From an uncultured Oligoflexus sp. (lineage in GTDB: Bacteria > Bdellovibrionota_B > Oligoflexia > Oligoflexales > Oligoflexaceae), in the NCBI GenBank assembly GCA_964236955.1, contig CAXSGP010000020.1, forward strand, positions 1-54,348: a stretch of DNA of 54,348 nt, in the 5' to 3' direction. The position numbers and the translations under genes are program-made. The notes beneath the pieces are model-generated. The model searched no databases, was not told where the DNA came from, and saw only the letters and a list, made by a program, of their open reading frames with translations. Every line of letters starts with the position of its first letter. Within the stretch, counting starts at the first letter, position 1. Below, one piece after another: positions 30,925-40,807 of the stretch.

Positions 30925-31410
30925 ATGATCATAGCCAAGGCTCCAACCCTAACCATACTACTGCCCATCTGGGATCACAATGGAGTTATGCGATTTCCCA
31001 ATTCGGCAGGCCCTTACTTTGGTATTCATTGTGGGCTCGATCATTCTCTTGCCTTGAGCAAGCAGGCGATAAGAGGTGTCGAAGAATTTTTCGGCATCAG
31101 CGAATTGACCGGCGATTTAGAACCGGTCGCAGCGATCGATCCGGTTCTTCGCTGCGAGGGTGAGCCTTCGTCGGTTCTCTTCCTCATGAAACCGAAAGGC
31201 ACGCGTCTGGAGGCTAAATCCACCTGGTTTACGATCGCTCAGGTTTTACGCAGCATGGCGACAGGCGGCAACCGCCTTGCTTATATGAAGGCTCTCCAAT
31301 ACATGGCTGGCGCTGCGGACGCCGAAGTCTCGGTGCTGGAAGTCGACGAAGAGGTCAGGCTTCGCCTCAAGGAACTGGCAAGCGAAAGTTCGAAAACTTT
31401 GCTAGAATAA
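30925..31410 (+). CDS. Hypothetical protein, possibly a degenerate Nudix fold
   Basis: GAGG RBS; AIRGVEEFFGI resembles the Nudix box REUxEExGU. Confidence 0.7.
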   Translation: MIIAKAPTLTILLPIWDHNGVMRFPNSAGPYFGIHCGLDHSLALSKQAIRGVEEFFGISELTGDLEPVAAIDPVLRCEGEPSSVLFLMKPKGTRLEAKSTWFTIAQVLRSMATGGNRLAYMKALQYMAGAADAEVSVLEVDEEVRLRLKELASESSKTLLE

Positions 31411-31456
31411 ATCCAGTCATTGCCGTTTCGAAATAGCTTGCTGGAGGATTAGGCCC

Positions 31457-32266
31457 GTGAAAAGACTTTTGGCCTTACTCGTTGTTCTGTGGGGTTCAAC
31501 TTCCCTGGCTTTTCCTTTCAAGTGCGACAAGGAGCAGCAGCGCTGCGAGGTTCAGACACGTCGTCTTACGGTCGGCGATAAGGTGGGAGTATTCACGAGT
31601 GAAAAACAACTCGTAGCTCTGGGTGAAGTCGTCGATATCGACGGCAGCAAACGAATTGTCAAAATCACCAAAAAGTGGTCCATTCTTTTAAAAAATCATG
31701 ACATTGATATCATCAACGACAACGCCTTTCAAAATCCTGATGCCTACTATCAAATCCTTACGCCCCTGCCGCCCCTTTTTTGGGCAGCGCAGTTGGCGCT
31801 GGTTAATCTCGGAGTGGGCGATGGCTTTCTCGCCACCGAACTGAGCGCCCTGGTCTTCAAGCATTTTTGGCGGGATTTCTCCTACTTTGGCCGTGTCCAT
31901 TATTTAACGGGCAGCGGCTCAGCCTCGGATAACCTGGGCGGTGCCGGGTCTCAAAATGTTTCCTTGTCCAGCATGGGCGTAAGCGGCGGCTTAAGCGAAA
32001 TGCTTTTGGCTTATTCCCTTATCGCCATTCGTCTCGATGGCGAGCTGGGTTTTAGTTATGGAAGCGTCAAGATAGGCGGGGGTTTTAATGAAGATAAGGT
32101 ACTAAACGGCCGTTTTTCGGATGGCTTTGGTGTTTATCTGCGGGGCGGAGCCTCAGCGCTTTGGCGACGCGATGGTCTACAGCCCGAGCTAGGATTGGCC
32201 TTCGTCTTGATTCATGGCTCCACAAATGCAGCCTTTAGCCTCGGGGTCAGTAAATCTTTCAAATAA
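31457..32266 (+). CDS. Secreted, probable outer-membrane beta-barrel protein
   Basis: Signal peptide (GTG start, GGAGG RBS); Cys pair; Gly/aromatic beta-strand pattern; ends FSLGVSKSFK. Confidence 0.7.
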   Translation: MKRLLALLVVLWGSTSLAFPFKCDKEQQRCEVQTRRLTVGDKVGVFTSEKQLVALGEVVDIDGSKRIVKITKKWSILLKNHDIDIINDNAFQNPDAYYQILTPLPPLFWAAQLALVNLGVGDGFLATELSALVFKHFWRDFSYFGRVHYLTGSGSASDNLGGAGSQNVSLSSMGVSGGLSEMLLAYSLIAIRLDGELGFSYGSVKIGGGFNEDKVLNGRFSDGFGVYLRGGASALWRRDGLQPELGLAFVLIHGSTNAAFSLGVSKSFK

Positions 32267-32368
32267 TCGAGGGGCCCCATTTTTCCCCGGGGGGAGGGAG
32301 CGGGGGGAAGTAGCGAGAGAAGCCTTTCCCCTCCCGTTGGGCCTTTGGATCCCTGGCAAGGGAAGCAT

Positions 32369-33559
32369 TTAAGACTCGATCAAGGCCAGGTGCACGCGCC
32401 CCAAGATCTCATTCAAAGCTCCCTGCTGGATAAACATATTCAATACATTATTCTTACAATCCAATAGAACAGTCGCAGTCTCCAGGCTCTGCAGGGCGCG
32501 GTCGATCAGCGCTGGCTGCTGCCAAAAGCCATCGCCGACGGCCGTGATGCAGGTGAGGTTCTGAGCCAGGACCTCTACTGTGGTAGCCGGCATTTTTTCT
32601 TTCGCATGGCGCTCAAATTTGCCAAAAGCACTCTGGCCGATAACAAGTTCCAGCCAGGAGCCCTCCCCTGCCCCCTGCTGCTGGACAAAGAGCGGATGTT
32701 CGCCCTGGGCGTATAGGAAATTTAATATTTCCGAAATTTTTATGGAGCTGAAGGGTTCCAGACGTATCCAGGTGAGGCCCTGGCGATGAGTCAGGGCGTG
32801 AACAATCGATTTTTCCACGGGCTTTTCACTTCCTATGAGGGTTCCCAATGCTTCAAGCTTAAAACTCGAGCGAATCTCCAGTGGGATTTTAAATTTTTTC
32901 GCGAGGTGAACAGCACGGTTATGCACGACCCCCGAGCCATACCAAGTAAGATTGCTAAGGGTAGCCCAAGCCATTTCCGGCAGGACCTTGGCATTTGGGA
33001 CCAGTCGTGGATCCGCGCTGCACACGCCATCGACATCCTTATATATCTGGCAACGGTCGGCCTTGAGGCTTTGCGCCAAAGCGATGGCCGTAAGATCGGA
33101 GCCGCCGCGCCCCAGCGTGGTGATTTCTTTTTCCTGTTCGGACATTCCTTGAAATCCCGCTACGATCACCAGCTTGTTATCTTCCAGGCTGCGGCGTATT
33201 CTATCCCCTAAAATGCGAATGATCTTCGCGTTCCCAAAATTATTATCCGTAAGTATGCCACTTTGAGAGCCTGTTAAGGAAACCGTTGCTATCTTGAGGT
33301 CATTAAGGGCTATGGACAGGAGCGACATTGTGATGCGCTCACCCACAGTCAAAAGCATGTCAACTTCCCTTTGAGGGGGATGAGGGCTAATTTTTAAAGC
33401 CATCTCTAAAAGTTCGTCGGTTTGCTGCCCCATCGCACTGACCACGACAACCACGCGATGCCCTTGACGGTAAGTGGAAGCGATGTGGGCGGCGACACTT
33501 TTAATGCGGTCCAGCGTGCCAACAGAGGTGCCACCGTATTTCTGGATATAAAGACTCAA
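32369..33559 (-). CDS. lysC: Aspartate kinase (monofunctional)
   Basis: QKYGGTSV, VVSAMG, VAGFQG, TLGRGGSD and DVDGV..ADPR motifs. Confidence 0.95.
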   Translation of the reverse strand: MSLYIQKYGGTSVGTLDRIKSVAAHIASTYRQGHRVVVVVSAMGQQTDELLEMALKISPHPPQREVDMLLTVGERITMSLLSIALNDLKIATVSLTGSQSGILTDNNFGNAKIIRILGDRIRRSLEDNKLVIVAGFQGMSEQEKEITTLGRGGSDLTAIALAQSLKADRCQIYKDVDGVCSADPRLVPNAKVLPEMAWATLSNLTWYGSGVVHNRAVHLAKKFKIPLEIRSSFKLEALGTLIGSEKPVEKSIVHALTHRQGLTWIRLEPFSSIKISEILNFLYAQGEHPLFVQQQGAGEGSWLELVIGQSAFGKFERHAKEKMPATTVEVLAQNLTCITAVGDGFWQQPALIDRALQSLETATVLLDCKNNVLNMFIQQGALNEILGRVHLALIES

Positions 33560-33667
33560 TGTTGTATTTCCTCATTGAAATCTGAGCTTTCAGCCAAAAT
33601 ATCAGCTATGGTTGGGTCCCATAGGCTTTCCGACAAAACTTCTTGATTCAGAAAGACCGAATCCAGT

Positions 33668-35122
33668 ATGCAGCCAGTTTTAGAAACCTACAAGAATCCA
33701 GTCAGTTCCTCGCTTTATGAGCACCTGGCTCAGCGCGTCGGCATCGAGGGTTTTCACGCGTTTCAAAAGCAAGCCATAGCGGCCGTAAGTCAAGGTCTTG
33801 ACACGTTTTTAGTGGTGCCTACCGGCAGTGGCAAAAGTTTTTGCTATATCGCCCCAGCGCTTTTTCTTCCCGGGACGGTTCTGGTCATCTCGCCATTGAT
33901 TGCTTTGATGCGCGATCAGCAGCGGCAGCTGGAAAAACTGAATATTCCTTGCCTCTCCTTTGACAGTCACCTCAATGCCGACGAAAAAAAAGCCGCCCTG
34001 CGAAAGATCGCCCGCGGCGCCATCAAGGTCCTTTATATTTCTCCCGAGCGTCTGGCACTTAGTGGCTTTCGTGAGTTGCTCAAAGATATTCAGATTTCCC
34101 TGATAGCGATCGACGAGGCGCATTGTGTTCAGCAATGGGGCCAGGGTTTTCGGCCGGAATACGCAAAACTTGGCTACTATCTTGAAGAATTGGGCTGCTG
34201 CCCCCGCATGGCCCTGACGGCGACATTGACCCCGCGCGAACGAGCCGAAGTGGTCAAAAGTTTAGGGATGCGCGAGCCGCATTTGATCGCCTTGAGTTCG
34301 GTTCGTGAAAATCTGGAGCTGAAGATTCATATCTATCAAAATATTGAACTGCACCGACAGAGCATTCTCAGTGCCGTCGCAAGCCGTGAGGATCAAGGTA
34401 TAGTCTACGCCTCGACGCGAAAAAACGTCGAAGCCATCTTTGGCAATCTACGCGCGCTTAAAGTTCCCGTGAGCCTTTATCATGGGGGGATGATGGCGGA
34501 TCAAAGGAACCAGGCGCAGCAGGATTTCATGCTGGGCAAAACCCGCTGCATGGTCGCTACCAAAGCCTTTGGAATGGGCATCAATCTGCCCAATATCCGT
34601 TATATTCTGCACGCAAATATGCCTTGCTCGATTGAATCCTATACTCAAGAGATCGGCCGCGCCGGTCGCGATGGTTATCACGCGAACTGTGATCTTCACT
34701 ACGGACCGCGCGATTATTTTCTGCAAAAATTTATGATAGAGAAGTCTTTTCCGAGCGAAAAGGATTTACCAATAGTCTGGAAATTTATTCAAGAGAACTT
34801 TGCCGAAAAACGCTTCCACAAGCTCGATCCCTTTGCCCAGCAGCTTAGCAAGCAGTCGCTCCTGCCGATTGATGCCATCGTTGCGGTCGTCGATTATCTG
34901 CTGAAAGTGCAGGCCCTTCAAGTCATTGAAACGGTGTCGGAAGAGGAGGATCATCGGCAGGAGTCGTTTTTGGTGCTGGGCGAGGACTTTGGCGGTTTTA
35001 ATAAACTTTTACAAGGTCTGCGCGAGCAGGTAGCATGGAGATTCGACAAGCTCAATGCCATGCATAAACTTGTCAAAGGCTCGACCTCCCCAAGGCAAAC
35101 CATCGAGCGATATTTTCAATGA
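33668..35122 (+). CDS. recQ: RecQ-family ATP-dependent DNA helicase (short)
   Basis: PTGSGKS, SPLIALM.DQ, DEAHC..QWG..FRP, ALTAT, AFGMGIN and QEIGRAGRDG. Confidence 0.93.
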   Translation: MQPVLETYKNPVSSSLYEHLAQRVGIEGFHAFQKQAIAAVSQGLDTFLVVPTGSGKSFCYIAPALFLPGTVLVISPLIALMRDQQRQLEKLNIPCLSFDSHLNADEKKAALRKIARGAIKVLYISPERLALSGFRELLKDIQISLIAIDEAHCVQQWGQGFRPEYAKLGYYLEELGCCPRMALTATLTPRERAEVVKSLGMREPHLIALSSVRENLELKIHIYQNIELHRQSILSAVASREDQGIVYASTRKNVEAIFGNLRALKVPVSLYHGGMMADQRNQAQQDFMLGKTRCMVATKAFGMGINLPNIRYILHANMPCSIESYTQEIGRAGRDGYHANCDLHYGPRDYFLQKFMIEKSFPSEKDLPIVWKFIQENFAEKRFHKLDPFAQQLSKQSLLPIDAIVAVVDYLLKVQALQVIETVSEEEDHRQESFLVLGEDFGGFNKLLQGLREQVAWRFDKLNAMHKLVKGSTSPRQTIERYFQ

Positions 35123-35168
35123 GACTGCGACGAGCTGCCTAACACCGCGTCTTGCAGAGGGGCCCATT

Positions 35169-35948
35169 ATGCGCGTGCATATATTAGGATCCGGAACTTC
35201 TTCTGGCGTTCCGGTGATAGGTTGTCACTGCTCTGTCTGTAAGAGCAGCAATCCCAAAAATCAAAGGACCCGCGCTTCCATCGCCATCGCCGACGGCGGT
35301 CGAACGGTCCTGATCGATACGTCCCCCGAATTGAGACTGCAGGTCCTCCGAAGTGGGATCGAAGCGATTGATGGTCTCCTCTATTCGCATATGCATGCCG
35401 ATCACACGGCAGGCTTTGATGATTTGCGCGCCTTCTTTTTCAAATCGCGGCGGCCCCTTGATTGTTACCTCTTGGCCGAATATTTTACTGAGATAAAAAC
35501 AAGGTTCCGCTATGCGTTTGAGGATACGGGCTACTATGGCCTCACCCCCCAGGTCAATCTTCATGCCATACCTGATAGCATTTTTTCGTTAGCCGGTTTC
35601 GATATCGAGCCTATACGGCTTACGCATGGCAACGTGCCAAGCTGCGGCTTTCGCTTCGGGCGCTTTGCTTATGTCACCGATTTTAAACATTTTCCCAAAC
35701 CGAAAATTGAGGAGTGGCACGGTAAAATTGACGTTATGGTCGCCAGCGGTATTCATTTTGGGACCCATAGCACTCATTCCGTTATTCCTGAGACCTTACA
35801 ACTGTTCGACGATTTAGGTGTAAAAAGAGGTATAATCTCGCATCTGGCTCATGATGTCGATTATGTCGAGCATAAGGCGTTGCTTCCAAATTTCGTGGAG
35901 TATGCGTTTGATGGAATGACGATTGACCTCGAAGCTATCGTATCGTAA
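35169..35948 (+). CDS. MBL-fold metallo-hydrolase (PhnP/YycJ-like)
   Basis: LGSGTSSGVP..GC.C.VC and HMHADHTAG motifs. Confidence 0.92.
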   Translation: MRVHILGSGTSSGVPVIGCHCSVCKSSNPKNQRTRASIAIADGGRTVLIDTSPELRLQVLRSGIEAIDGLLYSHMHADHTAGFDDLRAFFFKSRRPLDCYLLAEYFTEIKTRFRYAFEDTGYYGLTPQVNLHAIPDSIFSLAGFDIEPIRLTHGNVPSCGFRFGRFAYVTDFKHFPKPKIEEWHGKIDVMVASGIHFGTHSTHSVIPETLQLFDDLGVKRGIISHLAHDVDYVEHKALLPNFVEYAFDGMTIDLEAIVS

Positions 35949-36022
35949 GAAATCGCGGTATTTGCTAACGACTGCAAAGCTTTCCCGACGATTTCCTTCC
36001 TCTAACGTGTAAGGATGCAGCT

Positions 36023-37129
36023 ATGATCATCGGTGTCCCTAAAGAAATCAAGAACCGTGAAAACCGGGTCGCTATCGTTCCAGGCGGCGTAAAGATGCTA
36101 GTCGACGCAGGCCACAAGGTTCTCGTCGAAAAAACGGCGGGAGTTGGCGCTGGCATTCCCGATGAAAAATTCATCGCGGCCGGTGCCCGCATGATCGACA
36201 AGGCCGCTGATATCTGGGGCCAGGCTGAGATGATCATCAAAGTAAAAGAGCCGGTTGCGGCGGAGTTTTCACTCCTGCGCCAAGGTCAAATCCTCTATAC
36301 TTACTTGCACTTAGCGGCCGCTCAAGACCTTGGTTTTGAGTTGATCAAACGCGGCGTCAGTGCCATTGCCTACGAGACGATTCAATTGCCCAACGGCTCG
36401 CTGCCTTTGCTTACCCCGATGAGTGAAGTGGCGGGACGCGTATCGGTTCAGGTCGGCGCTCAGTGTTTGCAAAAACACAGCGGCGGCAAGGGTATACTCT
36501 TGGGCGGCGTGCCTGGGGTGCGGCGCGGTCGTGTGGCAGTCGTTGGGGGTGGCGTTGTCGGTATCAATGCTGCAAAAATGGCTGCTGGTCTGGGCGCTCG
36601 CGTCACGATCCTCGATGTTAACGCGGCTCGATTGGCTTATCTCGATGATATCTTTGGCAACGATGCTGATACTCTCATGTCAACGCCTGAAAATATTGGC
36701 AATGCCGTGGCTGAATCTGATCTCGTGATTGGTGCCGTTCTCATTGCCGGCGCGAAAGCTCCCTGCCTTGTAAGTCGTGAAATGGTTCGCTCGATGAGCC
36801 CAGGATCGGTGATTGTCGACGTGGCGATCGATCAGGGCGGATGTATCGAGACGATTCGCGCGACGACTCACGATGATCCCGTCTTCCTGGATGAAGGCGT
36901 CATTCACTATGGTGTGACGAACATTCCCGGTGACGTGCCGATGACGAGCACTTACGCCCTCACCAATGTTACGCTTCGTTATGCGATGGAAATTGCAAAC
37001 AAAGGCTTTGAAAAAGCGATGAAGGAATCCGAAGCGCTGCGGCTCGGGCTCAATACCTTCCAAGGTAAGGTTACGCATGCCGCAGTCGCCGAAGCCTTAA
37101 ATGCAGCCTTTGTCGCTCCTGGTTTTTAA
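36023..37129 (+). CDS. ald: Alanine dehydrogenase
   Basis: [32 protein letters not shown] and DVAIDQGG. Confidence 0.97.
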   Translation: MIIGVPKEIKNRENRVAIVPGGVKMLVDAGHKVLVEKTAGVGAGIPDEKFIAAGARMIDKAADIWGQAEMIIKVKEPVAAEFSLLRQGQILYTYLHLAAAQDLGFELIKRGVSAIAYETIQLPNGSLPLLTPMSEVAGRVSVQVGAQCLQKHSGGKGILLGGVPGVRRGRVAVVGGGVVGINAAKMAAGLGARVTILDVNAARLAYLDDIFGNDADTLMSTPENIGNAVAESDLVIGAVLIAGAKAPCLVSREMVRSMSPGSVIVDVAIDQGGCIETIRATTHDDPVFLDEGVIHYGVTNIPGDVPMTSTYALTNVTLRYAMEIANKGFEKAMKESEALRLGLNTFQGKVTHAAVAEALNAAFVAPGF

Positions 37130-37141
37130 TCGATTTTTTTC

Positions 37142-37180
37142 GGCTTCCCTTGCCTTCGCGCGAGGGGGCCTTTTATTTTA
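37142..37180 (+). terminator. Rho-independent terminator after ald
   Basis: GGCTTCCCTTGC-CTTCGC-GCGAGGGGGCC followed by TTTTATTTT. Confidence 0.7.
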
Positions 37181-37191
37181 CAGGCTTCTTG

Positions 37192-38058
37192 ATGAACAAT
37201 TCGTATCGCCTCCTGGACAGTGGAAATTTTGAAAAGCTCGAGCAGGTCGGGCCCTTTCGCATCATCAGACCGTCGCCACAGGCCGTCTGGAAGCCCTCAC
37301 AGGTCAAGCTCTGGACCAAGGTGGATGCGCATTTCAAGAGATTTGCCGGGGGCGATGGCAAATGGGATATCAATAACCCCTCTATCAAAAAGCCTTGGCT
37401 TATCGACTATGGGGGGCTTTCGCTGCAAATTGAAACCACCGATTTCGGTCACCTCGGTCTTTTTCCTGAACAGCGTATGAACTGGCAGCGCATTCGAAAC
37501 CTTTGTCATCAGGGTTCACGCAATAGCGAAGAATTTCATGTTCTCAATCTCTTTGCCTACACCGGAGGTTCAAGCCTTGCTGCCGCGCAAGGTGGGGCAA
37601 CCGTTGCCCATGTGGATGCATCGCGGACCAGCGTGGCCTGGGCCCGTCTCAACGCCGACGTCAATCAACTCACGCAGGCTCCCATCCGATGGTTGACCGA
37701 CGATGTGCAAAAGTTTGTGGCCCGTGAGATTCGCCGCAATCGACTTTATAAAGGTATCATCCTCGATCCGCCGAGTTTTGGCCGGGGGACGAATGGCGAA
37801 ACCTGGAAGATCGAAGAGCATCTTATCGACTTGCTTGATTCCATAAGGAATATTCTGCATCCGGATTTTAGTTTTTTCCTGTTGAGCTCGCATTCCAATG
37901 GTTATACGCCGATCGCCATGCAAAATCTTTTGAGTTCACTTTTGAGTGAGGTGAAAGGCCGATTTATCGCCGAAGAGATGCTGGTGGATGAGGACGGTGG
38001 AACCGGACGGGCCCTGCCGAGTGGTGCCTCGACCTGGTTTATCCGAGATGCCGAATGA
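37192..38058 (+). CDS. Class I SAM-dependent methyltransferase (RlmI/RlmK-like catalytic domain)
   Basis: HLGLFPEQ, VLNLFAYTGGSS, HVDAS and IILDPPSF motifs. Confidence 0.9.
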   Translation: MNNSYRLLDSGNFEKLEQVGPFRIIRPSPQAVWKPSQVKLWTKVDAHFKRFAGGDGKWDINNPSIKKPWLIDYGGLSLQIETTDFGHLGLFPEQRMNWQRIRNLCHQGSRNSEEFHVLNLFAYTGGSSLAAAQGGATVAHVDASRTSVAWARLNADVNQLTQAPIRWLTDDVQKFVAREIRRNRLYKGIILDPPSFGRGTNGETWKIEEHLIDLLDSIRNILHPDFSFFLLSSHSNGYTPIAMQNLLSSLLSEVKGRFIAEEMLVDEDGGTGRALPSGASTWFIRDAE

Positions 38059-38840
38059 TGATGATCACGAGTGCACAAAATTCCAAGATCAAAGAGCTGG
38101 TTGCTTTACGGGAAAGTAAGACGCGGCGCGAGCTGGGTCTTTTTTTGGTCGAAGGCGCACGGGAGCTAGGCCGGGCCTTGGACTCTGGTTACACTTGCCG
38201 CACGCTTTATATCGAAGAAAATCTTTTGAGCCCTGAGGCAGAGGTTTTGGTCGGACGGCTGCCTCAAACGTTACAGTATGGGGTTTCAAAGCAAGCCTAT
38301 GCAAAAGCTGCCGTTCGTGAGAGCTCCGACGGTGTCCTGGCTGTCATGGAAGTCAAGACCGCCCAGTTTGCCGATATCAAAGCCCGAGCGGTCCCCTTTC
38401 TCCTGGTCCTGGAGAACCTGGAAAAACCAGGCAATTTCGGAGCGCTGGCCAGAAGCGCCGACGGTGCCGGTGTCGATGCCATTATTGTGCTCGATCCCCA
38501 CGCGGATCTCTTTAATCCCCATGCGATCCGGGCCAGCGTCGGCGCGCTTTTCAGTCAGCCGCTGATTGCGGCAACCCATGCCGAGTTTATGGACTATTGC
38601 CAAAAGCAGGGTATCAAGATACTTGCTGCCAGTCCCCATGCCCAAAACTTTCATTATCAGGCTGACCTAAAAGGTGCGGTGGCATTGGTCCTAGGTTCAG
38701 AGGCCTGGGGGCTGTCCAGTTCCTGGCAGGCAACCGATTCTGAACTCTTAAAAATTCCCATGAATGGCCGTGCCGACTCGCTTAACGTATCGGTCGCCGG
38801 TGCGATCATAATGTACGAGATTTTGCGGCAGCGTTCTTAA
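38055..38840 (+). CDS. TrmH/SpoU-family RNA 2'-O-methyltransferase
   Basis: EKPGNFGALARSA, GSEAWGL and IPM.G.ADSLNVS motifs. Confidence 0.93.
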   Translation: MMMITSAQNSKIKELVALRESKTRRELGLFLVEGARELGRALDSGYTCRTLYIEENLLSPEAEVLVGRLPQTLQYGVSKQAYAKAAVRESSDGVLAVMEVKTAQFADIKARAVPFLLVLENLEKPGNFGALARSADGAGVDAIIVLDPHADLFNPHAIRASVGALFSQPLIAATHAEFMDYCQKQGIKILAASPHAQNFHYQADLKGAVALVLGSEAWGLSSSWQATDSELLKIPMNGRADSLNVSVAGAIIMYEILRQRS

Positions 38841-38857
38841 GAAATATCGGGAAGTTC

Positions 38858-38901
38858 AAAAAAATGGGCCCTCTCAGCAGCTGTGAGAGGACCCATTTTT
38901 T
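38858..38901. terminator. Bidirectional terminator
   Basis: AAAAAAATGGGCCCTCTCA..TGAGAGGACCCATTTTTT between convergent genes. Confidence 0.85.
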
Positions 38902-38915
38902 ACTCGGAGCAGGCT

Positions 38916-40103
38916 CTATTCGGCAGCGGCAGGATTCGCATCACTGTATTTTTTGCCCGCGTATAGGTCAAAGATTAAGAGACGGCAGGCGATGCCTCCG
39001 TTATCGACTGGGATTTTGCGTTTGGGTCTCAGGCCGATAAATTTGTAAGGTGTGTCGGCACCGACCAGGATAGCGGCTTTCCAACCCGAGTACTTTTGCT
39101 TCAAAGTGTCGCCAACTTTTTTATAGAACTCTTTCATGTGATCTTCGTCAGACTGACCGATACGCTCGCCGTAAGGAAAGTTGCTGAGAAGCAGGCCCGT
39201 TTCCGCCGGTGCCTCGACGTTAAAGAAGGATCCACGATAGAAATTAATATATTTTTCGACGCGGGCGCGCAGTGCATTTTCACGCGAAGCATCCACGTAC
39301 TGCTGTTCGATATCGCTGGCAAAGATTTTGCCGAGCGGCTGTTCCCGTTTATCGAGGCGGCAATCGTCTTGAACTTTACGCCAAAGTTGGGAATCGAAGG
39401 TGACAAAGTTCTCAAAAGCAAACTCACCCTTGCGGCGGTGAATGAGAGCCGCTTTGTTCAGCGATATAAAACTGGCTTCAATTGCAATTGTGCCACTGCC
39501 ACACATAGGATCATAAAAGTTTTGGCTGCCGTCATAACCAGCTAGATAGAGGAGGGCCGCCGCCATATTCTCTTTGAGCGGCGCCGGATGGTTTTCCATC
39601 CTGTAACCGCGTTTATGCATAGATTTGCCAGTAGAATCGAGGCTTAGAGTGAGTTCACCGCCGTGAAGGTGGGCAACGACCTTGATCTTAGGCTCTTTCA
39701 GGTTTACTTTGGGAACCGGCAATTCCTTATGCCTATAGTAGTCTTCAAGGCCCATGCGCACGGCCTTACTGATATCCGTAGCAGATGGAGCGTCTGGGCC
39801 GCGGTCGCCGGCTACACCCTCGACAAGGTATGTTGAGTCAGCACGGAAATATTCATTCCATTTGATTTTTCTAGCCTGGTTAGTGATGACGGGGAGACTG
39901 GAGCCTGAGGCTTTTTTAATGACCAGGAGCAAACGCGAGGGCGTCTGCAGTTTTAAATGAAGGCGATAGGCCAGCTCTTGTTCGGCGTCGAATGAGACAG
40001 CTTTATAGCCTGGTTTCACGTTTTCAGCGCCGTAGATCTCAAGTTCCTTTGCGACTGCCTCGACAGCGTCTTCGGAACAGATGGCAATGAAATTCAAGTG
40101 CAC
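38916..40103 (-). CDS. THUMP-domain RNA methyltransferase (RlmL/YpsC-like)
   Basis: SMHKRGYR, APLKENMAAA, DPMCGSGTIAIEA and NFPYGER motifs; AAAGGA RBS before GTG 40103. Confidence 0.92.
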   Translation of the reverse strand: MHLNFIAICSEDAVEAVAKELEIYGAENVKPGYKAVSFDAEQELAYRLHLKLQTPSRLLLVIKKASGSSLPVITNQARKIKWNEYFRADSTYLVEGVAGDRGPDAPSATDISKAVRMGLEDYYRHKELPVPKVNLKEPKIKVVAHLHGGELTLSLDSTGKSMHKRGYRMENHPAPLKENMAAALLYLAGYDGSQNFYDPMCGSGTIAIEASFISLNKAALIHRRKGEFAFENFVTFDSQLWRKVQDDCRLDKREQPLGKIFASDIEQQYVDASRENALRARVEKYINFYRGSFFNVEAPAETGLLLSNFPYGERIGQSDEDHMKEFYKKVGDTLKQKYSGWKAAILVGADTPYKFIGLRPKRKIPVDNGGIACRLLIFDLYAGKKYSDANPAAAE

Positions 40104-40256
40104 AGTGAAGTCCTTTCTAGAGCGCTTTGATTCTAGTTGTGAGACTTCGTAGAGTCTGGCAAAAACTAGGGTCATTTTAGGATGATTTACTCAAAGCGCG
40201 GATTCGTGTATCTCTGTAGCCTCGACATCTGAGGACATAACATAAAGGATTGGCTT

Positions 40257-40793
40257 ATGGCAGATATGAAACAGCAAGTCAAAGAAATCGAGAAAACCAT
40301 CGATTTTGCTAAGACTAAATATGAAGTTCACTTGGATACATCGCATGGCATGATCAAGCTTGAGCTTTTCCCCGAACAGGCGCCGGGCCATGTTAAGAAT
40401 ATAGTTTCATTGGCGAAAGCCGGATTCTATAACGGCGTTGTGTTTCACCGTATCATCAAAGGCTTTATGATTCAGGGTGGATGCCCTCAAGGCACTGGCA
40501 CGGGTGGGCCTGGGTATCATATCCCCGCGGAATTTAATAACATTCCTCATGAGCCAGGCGTTTTGTCGATGGCTCGCACCAGCGATCCCAACTCGGCTGG
40601 TTCCCAGTTCTTCCTTTGCCTGGAGCGTGTGCCCTACCTTGATGGTCAGTACACAGTTTTTGGTAAAACCCTCGACAAAGACAGTCTCGACATTGTGAAA
40701 AAAATTGGTGAAGTGCGAACTGGCCCTCAGGATAGACCGGTCGAGCCAGTGGTGATCAAGTCTGCTACTGTCAAAGAATCAACAATTAATTGA
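40257..40793 (+). CDS. Cyclophilin-type peptidyl-prolyl cis-trans isomerase
   Basis: FHRIIKGFMIQGG, SMAR, SAGSQFF and LDGQYTVFG. Confidence 0.96.
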   Translation: MADMKQQVKEIEKTIDFAKTKYEVHLDTSHGMIKLELFPEQAPGHVKNIVSLAKAGFYNGVVFHRIIKGFMIQGGCPQGTGTGGPGYHIPAEFNNIPHEPGVLSMARTSDPNSAGSQFFLCLERVPYLDGQYTVFGKTLDKDSLDIVKKIGEVRTGPQDRPVEPVVIKSATVKESTIN

Positions 40794-40807
40794 GTTGACG
40801 CGGGTTT

